DNA from: Candidatus Marinacidobacterales bacterium
Lineage (GTDB): Bacteria > Acidobacteriota > Vicinamibacteria > Marinacidobacterales > SMYC01
Reading direction: 5' to 3'
Assembly (NCBI GenBank): GCA_965224085.1
Contig: CBDCYI010000009.1
Span: forward strand, 352,001 to 416,000
DNA: 64,000 nt
Position 1 is the stretch's first letter; the number at the start of each line of letters is the position of its first letter. A program made the position numbers and the translations under genes. The notes under the pieces were generated by a model that was not told where the DNA came from, searched no databases, and saw only the letters and a program-made list of their open reading frames with translations. Shown piece by piece: positions 39,983 to 48,479 of this stretch.

Positions 39983-42015
39983 GTGTGCTGGGCAGCGTCC
40001 AGATCAGGAAGGTTGAAGTCCCTCTGGTGCTCGGATGAGGAGCGCCATATCCAAAAGCGGGGGTAACGCCTCGCTGGCCGGGGAACGCGGATAAGGAGAA
40101 CCCTAAACGGGCACGAAGTTGGAAACGATGGCTACTGCCAAGGGGATGTACCTAAGTTCGGGTTCTGTCCACTGGACAACTGGAGGACAGGGTGTCCACC
40201 GCGAGGTGGAATCTGAAGGGTATGCGGAGCAGTACCGGGCCGTAATCGAGGGGGCGACCCCGTTGATGAACCGGTCGGCCAAAGGTGGGGCAAGGTCGAG
40301 CCTGCACTATGGAGGCGAAGGCGTTCTCATTCACCCACCGAATCAAGGTGTTTGCGGACGGCACGGTACGGAAGATCTGGACGTGACCCCAGGAGGGCTC
40401 ATTGGGTTCCCGAGTGGCGTCGGGATAAGCGACCCTATAAGCGAGAGCGAAATGGGAAGTGAAGCCGGGTGAGTCGTCGGACAGCCCAATAGTACCTGAA
40501 GCGCGGTGAAAGTCGTGTGATCGAGAGATCGGCAGCCGAGTGGGCTGGGGAAGGGGGCTGGCAAAGGTGGTTGGTGACAACAAGGATGACAGACGAGTAA
40601 GGGCGATGACGCGGATAAGTTCCTTTAGTGAAAGACCCAGAAGTGATCGTCCGAGGAAACTGTCGGCCTGGTTGAACCCAACGGGTGAGAGGAAGGTCCA
40701 CTCTCTGGTGGACAAGATATACAAGCGGAAGAACTTGGAGCTGGCCTGGAACCGAGTGAAGCGGAACAAGGGTGCCGGTGGCATCGATGGACAAACTCTG
40801 GACGAGTTTGAGGAGCAGCTTGATGCGCACCTCAACCGACTCCATGAGGAGCTCAAGACCGATGCCTATCGTCCACTACCTGTTCGGCAGAAACTCATTC
40901 CCAAGGCTGGACAACCGGGAAAGTTCCGCCCGCTCGGCATTCCGGCCGTTTATGACCGCGTGTGTCAGCAGGCACTGCAGAACCGGTTGGAACCGATCTT
41001 CGAGCAGGTGTTCGATGCCGCCAGCTTCGGATATCGACGAGGAAGATCGACAAAGGATGCTTTACGCAAGATCTGGCAAGAGATCGAAGAGGGTTACGAG
41101 TGGATCGTGGATGCGGATCTTTCCAATTTCTTTGGGACTGTGGACCATGAGAAGCTCCTCGCTCTTGTTGCCAAGCGAGTGTCGGATGGTCGCGTCCTTC
41201 GTCTTATTCGCAGCATGCTCAAAGCAGGCTGCATGGCGGAGGGGAGACGGCTCCCGACCGAGCAAGGTGCACCGCAAGGCGGTGTGGTCTCACCGATCTT
41301 AAGTAACGTCCTTTTGACTCCGTTTGATCGGGAGATGCGCCATCGTGGCTATCGCCTGACGCGGTATGCCGACGACTGGGTCGTGACATGCTGCACCAAG
41401 GCAGAGGCCCAGAAGGTGCTGGCCGAAGCCCGGATGATCCTTACGACGTTGGGTGTAACCTTGAACGTGGAGAAGACTCGTATCGTTCACGTTGCACACG
41501 GCTTCGAGTTCTTGGGATACAAGATCAAGCGGGGTAGTCGCCCTTTGGCCCTACCCTCACACAAGATCCGTACGGGTGTCCGCAAGGGTGACCTGTACGC
41601 GTACCCTCGACAGAAGTCGCTCCAGCACTTCAAGGATCAGATTCGGCGACGGACCTGTCGCAAAGCTCCTGTGAGTACGCAGCAGCTAATCGACGAGATC
41701 AACCCGGTTATTCGCGGTTGGGGTCTTTACTATCATAAAGCTCACGTCCGCAAGCTCTTCGCGCGTCTCGATCGTTGGATCCTGCGACGTATCTGGTCGC
41801 ATCGGTTCAAACGCTGGCGCTGTCGGGGGTGGAAGCAGCTCCCGGAGCGTCAGCTCTACGATGAGATGGGCCTCGTACGCTTTGTCTTCCTGATTCCTTC
41901 CATCAAGCCGCGATGAATAATCCAACCTTTGTGAAAGCCGGATACGGGAAAACTGTATGTCCGGTTTGAGCGGCGGACGGGGGTCAGCGCTGCGGTGCGC
42001 CCCCTCCGACCCGAC
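39983..42015 (+). mobile_element. Group II intron B nested in the ribozyme of intron A
   Basis: 5' GTGTG; domain V AAGCCGGATACGGGAAAACTGTATGTCCGGTTT near 41935; 3' end CCCGAC; EBS1 ACTATG (40306-40311) complementary to CATAGT (39977-39982). Confidence 0.9.
40606..41916 (+). CDS. ltrA: Group II intron reverse transcriptase/maturase of intron B, no endonuclease domain
   Basis: KVHSLVDK, RPLGIP, PQGGVVSP, YADD, FLGY, INPVIRGW. Confidence 0.93.
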   Translation: MTRISSFSERPRSDRPRKLSAWLNPTGERKVHSLVDKIYKRKNLELAWNRVKRNKGAGGIDGQTLDEFEEQLDAHLNRLHEELKTDAYRPLPVRQKLIPKAGQPGKFRPLGIPAVYDRVCQQALQNRLEPIFEQVFDAASFGYRRGRSTKDALRKIWQEIEEGYEWIVDADLSNFFGTVDHEKLLALVAKRVSDGRVLRLIRSMLKAGCMAEGRRLPTEQGAPQGGVVSPILSNVLLTPFDREMRHRGYRLTRYADDWVVTCCTKAEAQKVLAEARMILTTLGVTLNVEKTRIVHVAHGFEFLGYKIKRGSRPLALPSHKIRTGVRKGDLYAYPRQKSLQHFKDQIRRRTCRKAPVSTQQLIDEINPVIRGWGLYYHKAHVRKLFARLDRWILRRIWSHRFKRWRCRGWKQLPERQLYDEMGLVRFVFLIPSIKPR

Positions 42016-42042
42016 ACTGAGGAAGCTATCGAAGGCAACGAG

Positions 42043-43422
42043 ATGGTGGAGGGAAGGGATCGGCCTGGAGGGAACCCACGGGAGAGGGCTAAGGTCCGGA
42101 CACAGCGCCGGGTCGCCTTACCGCCAAATCTCACGCGGGTGAACGAAGCAGCGAAGCGAGATAGAAAGGCTCGGTTCACTGCGTTGCTGCATCACGTGGA
42201 TCACGAAGCGCTCTATCGAGCGTTTCGTCGGTTGAAGCGCAGCGCAAGCGCTGGTGTCGACGGAGAGACTGTCGCCGATTACGAGAAGAACTTCGTGAGC
42301 AACATCAAGGATCTTTGCTCGCGGGTACACGCCGGTCGCTACCGACCACTACCGGTGCGGCGCGTGTACATTCCTAAGTCGGATGGCGGAAAGCGCCCTC
42401 TTGGCATCCCCGCACTGGAAGACAAGATTGTCCAAGGAGCGGTAGCCGAGGTTTTGAGCGCCGTCTACGAAGTCGATTTCATCGGGTTCTCGTACGGGTT
42501 TCGGCCCGGACGGAGCCCGCACCAAGCGTTGCACGCGCTCCACACCGCGCTCATGACGCAACGCGTGAACTGGGTTCTCGACGCGGACATCCGCAAGTTC
42601 TTCGACTCGGTGGACCACGAGTGGTTGATGCGGATGCTTTCGCACCGGGTCGCCGACAAACGCATCCTTCGACTCATCCGTCAGTGGTTGCGAGCCGGCG
42701 TACTGGAGAAAGGAGAGTGGAGCGAGACAACTGAAGGGACACCGCAAGGGGCAGGTGTGAGCCCGCTCTTGGCTAACGTCTTTCTGCACTACGTTCTAGA
42801 TCTGTGGGTTCATCGATGGCGCCGGCTCGAAGCACAAGGCCGTATTTCCATCGTGCGATACGCTGACGACTTCGTCATGGGCTTCCAGCATCGGACCGAT
42901 GCCAGCAGGATGATGAGAGCGCTCAAGGAGCGACTAGCCCGATTCGGGCTTGCGCTCCACGAGAACAAGACCCGTTTGCTCGAGTTCGGGAGATTACCTT
43001 CCTTGTCACGCGAGCAACGGGGCCTTCGGCGGTGTGCGACGTTCGCTTTCCTGGGTTTCACTCATTATTGTGGGAGAACCCGCGATGGCCGTTTCGTCGT
43101 GAAGCGCAAAACGCAGAGCCAGCGGCTACGAGCCAAACTCAAGTCGCTACGGCTTCGCGCGAAGCAACGTATGCATGCTCCAGTCGCCGTCCAGCATCGC
43201 TGGCTTTGCCAGGTGCTGCGCGGTCACTACGCGTACTACGGACTTCCCAGCAACATCCGCTCTCTCCAATCCTTTTCTGAGGAGGTGACACGGTTGTGGT
43301 TTCGAAGCCTTCGTCGGCGGAGTCAGCGCCGAATGACCTGGCCTCGTTTTCACTTGTTGTTGGAGCGCTTTCCCCTACCAGTCCCTCACCTCACTCCGTC
43401 CCGACTACCTTGCCTTGTCTGA
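42043..43422 (+). CDS. ltrA: Group II intron reverse transcriptase/maturase of intron A, no endonuclease domain
   Basis: RFTALLHH, RPLGIPALEDK, GTPQG, YADD, FLGFTH, LRGHYAYY; start must be 3' of 42015 and is uncertain. Confidence 0.92.
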   Translation: MVEGRDRPGGNPRERAKVRTQRRVALPPNLTRVNEAAKRDRKARFTALLHHVDHEALYRAFRRLKRSASAGVDGETVADYEKNFVSNIKDLCSRVHAGRYRPLPVRRVYIPKSDGGKRPLGIPALEDKIVQGAVAEVLSAVYEVDFIGFSYGFRPGRSPHQALHALHTALMTQRVNWVLDADIRKFFDSVDHEWLMRMLSHRVADKRILRLIRQWLRAGVLEKGEWSETTEGTPQGAGVSPLLANVFLHYVLDLWVHRWRRLEAQGRISIVRYADDFVMGFQHRTDASRMMRALKERLARFGLALHENKTRLLEFGRLPSLSREQRGLRRCATFAFLGFTHYCGRTRDGRFVVKRKTQSQRLRAKLKSLRLRAKQRMHAPVAVQHRWLCQVLRGHYAYYGLPSNIRSLQSFSEEVTRLWFRSLRRRSQRRMTWPRFHLLLERFPLPVPHLTPSRLPCLV

Positions 43423-43532
43423 TTTCGGGTATACCTTCAGGAGGAGCCGAGTGCGGGAAAGCCGCACGCTCGGATCTGTGAGGGCGAAAGCCGAATGGCT
43501 GAGCTACTCGACCATCCCCGGTTCGACCCAAA

Positions 43533-43649
43533 TCACGGTATTTCATATTTCACCTGCTTGGCTGTAAAGCCGGCATCCACGGTCACCAGTGTGCCGGTCA
43601 TATAGCTGGCATCAGCTGAAGCCAAAAATACAACAACACGAGCAATTTC
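43533..43649 (-). pseudogene. SDR oxidoreductase C-terminal fragment
   Basis: Manual translation EIARVVVFLASADASYMTGTLVTVDAGFTA, cut at an IS end. Confidence 0.75.
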
Positions 43650-43850
43650 GGGGATATCCTGAATCTAGTTGAAATCGGTGAGTGACTCCGTTCAGATCGT
43701 CGGTCAAAGCTGGCGATCAAAAAGAAAGGAGCCACCCGGTGAGAGCAGATACGAAGAAGAGAAAGAATGCAACACAGATGCTGAGGGCGACGCAGGAGCA
43801 AGAGTGGTGGGCGGATCAAGTTGTGCATGTTTACCTCTTCTTTCACTTGA
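43650..43850 (+). mobile_element. Left-end remnant of a second IS256-like element
   Basis: GGGGATATCCTGAATCTAGTTGAA matches, as an inverted repeat, the rebuilt right end in spacing and conserved positions; followed by an AAGGAG RBS; right boundary approximate. Confidence 0.55.
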
Positions 43851-44081
43851 CGGACGTGGTACAAATGCGCGCTGACCAAGAACTTACGAGAAACTTCTTG
43901 AAGTAGTTTCTGAGCTCCAGCGTGTTCTTGGCGAACGTGACGGCAACGATGAGTTTCCCTTGTCAAGCCTCAGAAGAAATGACACTATCGGCCCCGAGGC
44001 GCGGAGAGTCCCCACGAGCCTTCGCCCCTGAATAGCAATCCATAGAACAGAGCCCTTTTCTGGGGAGAAAGGCGGGTTAAG

Positions 44082-45923
44082 GTGTTCAACGACCGTTTCA
44101 TTCGCCGTCGTGCGCTGATTGCATGGGCGTCGGTTCCTTTCATCATGTTCGCCGCGCCGCCGCTGGCCCAGCCAGGACAGCAGGCTTGGAGTCCGGTCGA
44201 CATACCCGGTCCCGATGAACATCCTGCCGAGTTGATCCAGCTCACAGAGGAGTTTCGCACCATCCTCGGATGGGGAAGCGGGGTTCCCGATTACGCTGGG
44301 ACAGTGGGGCGTCAAAAGGAGAAGCTCCCCGAGTTCCGTGCTCGCCTGGAATCACTGGACACCTCCGACTGGTCGGTTCACGAGAAGATCGACTACCTGC
44401 TGCTGCGCTCTGAGATGGACCGCCTCGAGTTCGACCTTTACGTCTGGCGACAGACAAGCCGCAACCCGAGCTTTTACGTTGCTCAGGCGATTCGGAACGT
44501 GGGCCGGCACTTGACCGGCGGCAGGCGCATGTACGTGCCGGAGCTGATGCCGTACACCAAGAAGCGTGCTCAGACCATCCTGCAAGCGCTGGCCGACACC
44601 CCAAAGTTCGTGGCCCAAGGTCGTCGGAACCTCACGGAGATGGTTCCGGCGCTGGCCGACATGGCGCTGCGGAATCCCGGGAGCTCAATCGATACCGATG
44701 ATCTGGACAACATCGTGGTGAACTACCGCAAGTGGGCCGAGGTCACTGCCGAGCATTTTCCCGAGCCCGAGGCGAGTCAACTTGTGTCCGCTGCAGAGGA
44801 GGCGGCACGACATTTGCTCGAGTTCGGCAACTGGCTCAAGGAAAACCGCGACGACATGCCCGGGAAGTACTACATCTCCGAGGAGGCTATTGACTGGTAT
44901 CACCGCCACGTTTTCTTGATGCCCTACACAACCGACGAACTCAGGCTGATGGCGGAGATGGAGCGCGCTCGCTCGCTTTCATACCTGCAGTTCGAGATGC
45001 ACAAGAACCGGAATCTGCCCAAGATCGGGCCGGCGGAGACGGTCGATGAGTACACAGCCTGGGATGACGAGACCGAGCTGATCATCCGGCGATGGTATAC
45101 AGAGAGCGGCCAGGACATCCTCAGCGACCGGGAGTACATGCTCAACAAAGATGTTCGAGTTGAGGAAGCCGTCCTCCTGCCTCCGTTCGGCCGGCTGGCG
45201 TTTCCTTACCAGGAGAAGCCAGATACCTGGCGAATCTTGATCGTACCCGATGATCACTGGCGCGCCAAAGATTCGAACATGGGATTCCGAACTGACCCCG
45301 GGGTGCTGTCCGCCCACGAATGGTGGCCCGGCCATACCTATGAAAGGGAGGTGCACCGGCGCAACCCATGCCCGATCCGCCGCGGTCATCGCGATAATGC
45401 ACACAGCCAGGGATGGTGCTTCTATCTCGCTGAGGAGCTTCTGGTAGCCATGGACTTTCCATTCGTGAGAGGCCCGCGTGCGCGGGAACTCCCGTACATC
45501 AACATGCTCCAGCGAGCCGAGCGAGTCTCCATGGGACTCGACCTGCTCACGGGCCAGATCACTCCCGAGGAGGCGTACATTGCTTTCCGCAAAAACGTCC
45601 CTCTCCTGGGATCGGGCCTGGGTGCAAGCGAATACGAAGCCTTTGAAGAGATGGGGGGAGTGCTGGTCCGGGGCCTGGATCACTGCCAAACCGGGAAGCT
45701 TCAGATCTTCAAGTTGTTAGCGGATCGCAAGATGCAGCTGAAGGAGAACTTCGACCTCAAGGAGTTTCACGATCAGGTCATCAGCCTTGGATCGGTGCCG
45801 ATTTCTCTCCTGAGGTGGGAAATCGCACGGCTGGACGATGAGGTCAAAGAGCTTTGGGAGCCGGTAAGGTTGGCTTCGGTCCTGCAGACGTTAGCGGAGA
45901 CGGATGGCGGCGAGAGCCAGTAG
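44082..45923 (+). CDS. DUF885 family protein, copy 1, secreted
   Basis: HEWWPGH, QGWCFY, FDLKEFHDQVISLGSVP. Confidence 0.85.
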   Translation: MFNDRFIRRRALIAWASVPFIMFAAPPLAQPGQQAWSPVDIPGPDEHPAELIQLTEEFRTILGWGSGVPDYAGTVGRQKEKLPEFRARLESLDTSDWSVHEKIDYLLLRSEMDRLEFDLYVWRQTSRNPSFYVAQAIRNVGRHLTGGRRMYVPELMPYTKKRAQTILQALADTPKFVAQGRRNLTEMVPALADMALRNPGSSIDTDDLDNIVVNYRKWAEVTAEHFPEPEASQLVSAAEEAARHLLEFGNWLKENRDDMPGKYYISEEAIDWYHRHVFLMPYTTDELRLMAEMERARSLSYLQFEMHKNRNLPKIGPAETVDEYTAWDDETELIIRRWYTESGQDILSDREYMLNKDVRVEEAVLLPPFGRLAFPYQEKPDTWRILIVPDDHWRAKDSNMGFRTDPGVLSAHEWWPGHTYEREVHRRNPCPIRRGHRDNAHSQGWCFYLAEELLVAMDFPFVRGPRARELPYINMLQRAERVSMGLDLLTGQITPEEAYIAFRKNVPLLGSGLGASEYEAFEEMGGVLVRGLDHCQTGKLQIFKLLADRKMQLKENFDLKEFHDQVISLGSVPISLLRWEIARLDDEVKELWEPVRLASVLQTLAETDGGESQ

Positions 45924-48479
45924 GGGGCTCCTTCATGGCGGACGTGGGTCTACGCTGGTCGTCTTTGACGAAAGCCGTTGGGCTTTGGCTGCATCCTTTA
46001 ATCTACGGCATCCATTGATAAATTGATGTCACGGTTTGCCATCAACCTTCAACAACAAGGAGTGTGAACATGAACAAGCTCTCGCGGGTGATCTCGCCTG
46101 GCGCTGTCATTTTGGTAGTCGGGATCCTTCTCGTCTCGCTTCCCGCTGGACTCAAAGCCCAAGGGGAAGCGTGGAGTCCGGTCGACATACCCGGTCCCGA
46201 TGAACATCCTGCCGAGTTGATCCAGCTCACAGAGGAGTTTCGCGCCATCCTCGGATGGGGAAGCGGGGTTCCCGATTACGCTGGGACAGTGGGGCGTCAA
46301 AAGGAGAAGCTCCCCGAGTTCCGTGCTCGCCTGGAAGCACTGGACACCTCCGACTGGTCGGTTCACGAGAAGATCGACTACCTGCTACTGCGCTCTGAGA
46401 TGGACCGCCTCGAGTTCGACCTTTACGTCTGGCGACAGACAAGCCGCAACCCGAGCTTTTACGTTGCTCAGGCGATTCGGAACGTAAGCCGGCACTTGAC
46501 CGGCAGCATCCGCATGTACGTGCCGGAGCTGATGCCGTACACCAAGGAGCGTGCCCAGACCATCCTGCAAGCGCTGGCCGACACCCCAAAGATCGTGGCC
46601 CAAGGTCGTCGGAACCTCACGGAGATGGTTCCGGCGCTGGCCGACATGGCGCTGCGGAATCCCGGGGGCGGAATCGATCAGGAAGGCGATGATCTGGACA
46701 ACATCGTGGTGAACTACCGCAAGTGGGCCGAGGTCACTGCCGAGCATTTTCCCGAGCCCGAGGCGAGTCAACTTGTGTCCGCTGCAGAGGAGGCGGCACG
46801 ACATTTGCTCGAGTTCGGCAACTGGCTCAAGGAAAACCGCGACGACATGCCCGGGAAGTACTACATCTCCGAGGAGGCTATTGACTGGTATCACCGCCAC
46901 GTTTTCTTGATGCCCTACACAACCGACGAACTCAGGCTGATGGCGGAGATGGAGCGCGCTCGCTCGCTTTCATACCTGCAGTTCGAGATGCACAAGAACC
47001 GGAACCTGCCGAAGATCGGGCCAGCGGAGACGATCGATAAGTACACAGCCTGGGATGACGAGACCGAGCTGATCATCCGGCGATGGTATACAAAGAGCGG
47101 CCAGGACATCCTCAGCGACCGGGAGTACATGCTCAACAAAGATGTTCGAGTTGAGGAAGGCGTCAGCCTGCCTCCGTTCGGCCGGCTGGCGTTTCCTTAC
47201 CAGGAGAAGCCAGATACCTGGCGAATCTTGATCGTACCCGATGATCACTGGCGCGCCAGATATTCGAACATGGGATTCCGAACTGACCCCGGGGTGCTGG
47301 CCGCCCACGAATGGTGGCCCGGCCATACCTATGAAGGGGAGGTGCGCGGGCACATCCCGTGCCCGATCCGCCGCGTTCATCGCGATAATGGCCACAGCCA
47401 GGGATGGTGCTTCTATCTCGCTGAGGAGCTTCTGGTAGCCATGGACTTTCCATTCGTGAGAGGCCCGCGTGCGCGGGAACTCCCGTACATCAACATGCTC
47501 CAGCGAGCCGAGCGAATCTCCATGGGACTCGACCTGCTCACGGGTCAGATCACTCCCGAGGAGGCGTACATTGCTTTCCGCAAAAACGTCCCTCCCCTGG
47601 GATCGGGCCTGGGTGCAAGCGATTTCGAAGCCCTTGAAGAGATGGGGGGAGTGCTGGTCCGGGGCCTGGATCACTGCCAAACCGGGAAGCTTCAGATCTT
47701 CAAGTTGTTGGCGGATCGCAAGATGCAGCTGAAGGAGAACTTCGACCTCAAGGAGTTTCACGATCAGGTCATCAGCCTTGGATCGGTGCCGATTTCTCTC
47801 CTGAGGTGGGAAATCGCACGGCTGGACGATGAGGTCAAAGAGCTTTGGGAGCCGGTAAGGTTGGCTTCGGTCCTGCAGACGTTAGCGGGGACGGATGGCG
47901 GCGAGAGCCAGTAGGGGGCGGCCGCGGCACGAAGCGACGGCCTCCTTCATGGCGGACGGTGGGCTACGCTGGTCGTCTTTGACGAAAGCCGTTGGGCTTT
48001 GGTTTGCATCCTTTAATCTACGGCATCCATTGATAAATTGATGTCAAGGTTTGCCATTAACCTTCAACAACAAGGAGTGTGAACATGAACAAGCTCTCGC
48101 GGGTGATCTCGCCTGGCGCTGTCATTTTGGTAGTCGGGATCCTTCTCGTCTCGCTTCCCGCTGGACTCAAAGCCCAAGGGGAAGCGTGGAGTCCGGTCGA
48201 CGTACCCGGTCCCGATGAACATCCTGCCGAGTTGATCCAGCTCACAGAGGAGTTTCGCGCCATCCTCGGATGGGGAAGCGGGGTTCCCGATTACGCTGGG
48301 ACAGCGGGGCGTCAAAAGGAGAAGCTCCCCGAGTTCCGTGCTCGCCTGGAAGCACTGGACACCTCCGACTGGTCGGTTCACGAGAAGATCGACTACCTGC
48401 TACTGCGCTCTGAGATGGACCGCCTCGAGTTCGACCTTTACGTCTGGCGACAGACAAGCCGCAACCCGAGCTTTTACGT
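44186..48479 (+). repeat. Tandem duplication with a unit of about 2 kb (gene plus intergenic spacer)
   Basis: 44186-46460 recurs near-identically at about 46170-48479; starts of copies 2 and 3 are 2015 bp apart. Confidence 0.9.
46070..47914 (+). CDS. DUF885 family protein, copy 2, secreted
   Basis: Near-identical to copy 1 after the signal peptide; AAGGAG RBS 7 nt before ATG. Confidence 0.85.
   Translation: MNKLSRVISPGAVILVVGILLVSLPAGLKAQGEAWSPVDIPGPDEHPAELIQLTEEFRAILGWGSGVPDYAGTVGRQKEKLPEFRARLEALDTSDWSVHEKIDYLLLRSEMDRLEFDLYVWRQTSRNPSFYVAQAIRNVSRHLTGSIRMYVPELMPYTKERAQTILQALADTPKIVAQGRRNLTEMVPALADMALRNPGGGIDQEGDDLDNIVVNYRKWAEVTAEHFPEPEASQLVSAAEEAARHLLEFGNWLKENRDDMPGKYYISEEAIDWYHRHVFLMPYTTDELRLMAEMERARSLSYLQFEMHKNRNLPKIGPAETIDKYTAWDDETELIIRRWYTKSGQDILSDREYMLNKDVRVEEGVSLPPFGRLAFPYQEKPDTWRILIVPDDHWRARYSNMGFRTDPGVLAAHEWWPGHTYEGEVRGHIPCPIRRVHRDNGHSQGWCFYLAEELLVAMDFPFVRGPRARELPYINMLQRAERISMGLDLLTGQITPEEAYIAFRKNVPPLGSGLGASDFEALEEMGGVLVRGLDHCQTGKLQIFKLLADRKMQLKENFDLKEFHDQVISLGSVPISLLRWEIARLDDEVKELWEPVRLASVLQTLAGTDGGESQ

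Larger units (their letters stand above)
39587..43512 (+). mobile_element. Group II intron A (outer intron; parts 39587-39982 and 42016-43512)
   Basis: 5' GTGCG; domain V GAGCCGAGTGCGGGAAAGCCGCACGCTCGG near 43444; 3' end CTACTCGAC; EBS1 TCCCG (39773-39777) complementary to exon CGGGA. Confidence 0.9.

Noticed and set aside
41995-42042. Listed start of the 475-aa RT ORF
   Set aside because: The listed start (41995) lies in domain VI of intron B, so it cannot be the native start of the intron A protein.
39587-43512. Retron or defence-associated RT system
   Set aside because: Maturase domains, GUGYG...AC boundaries and EBS/IBS pairing explain all the structured RNA.
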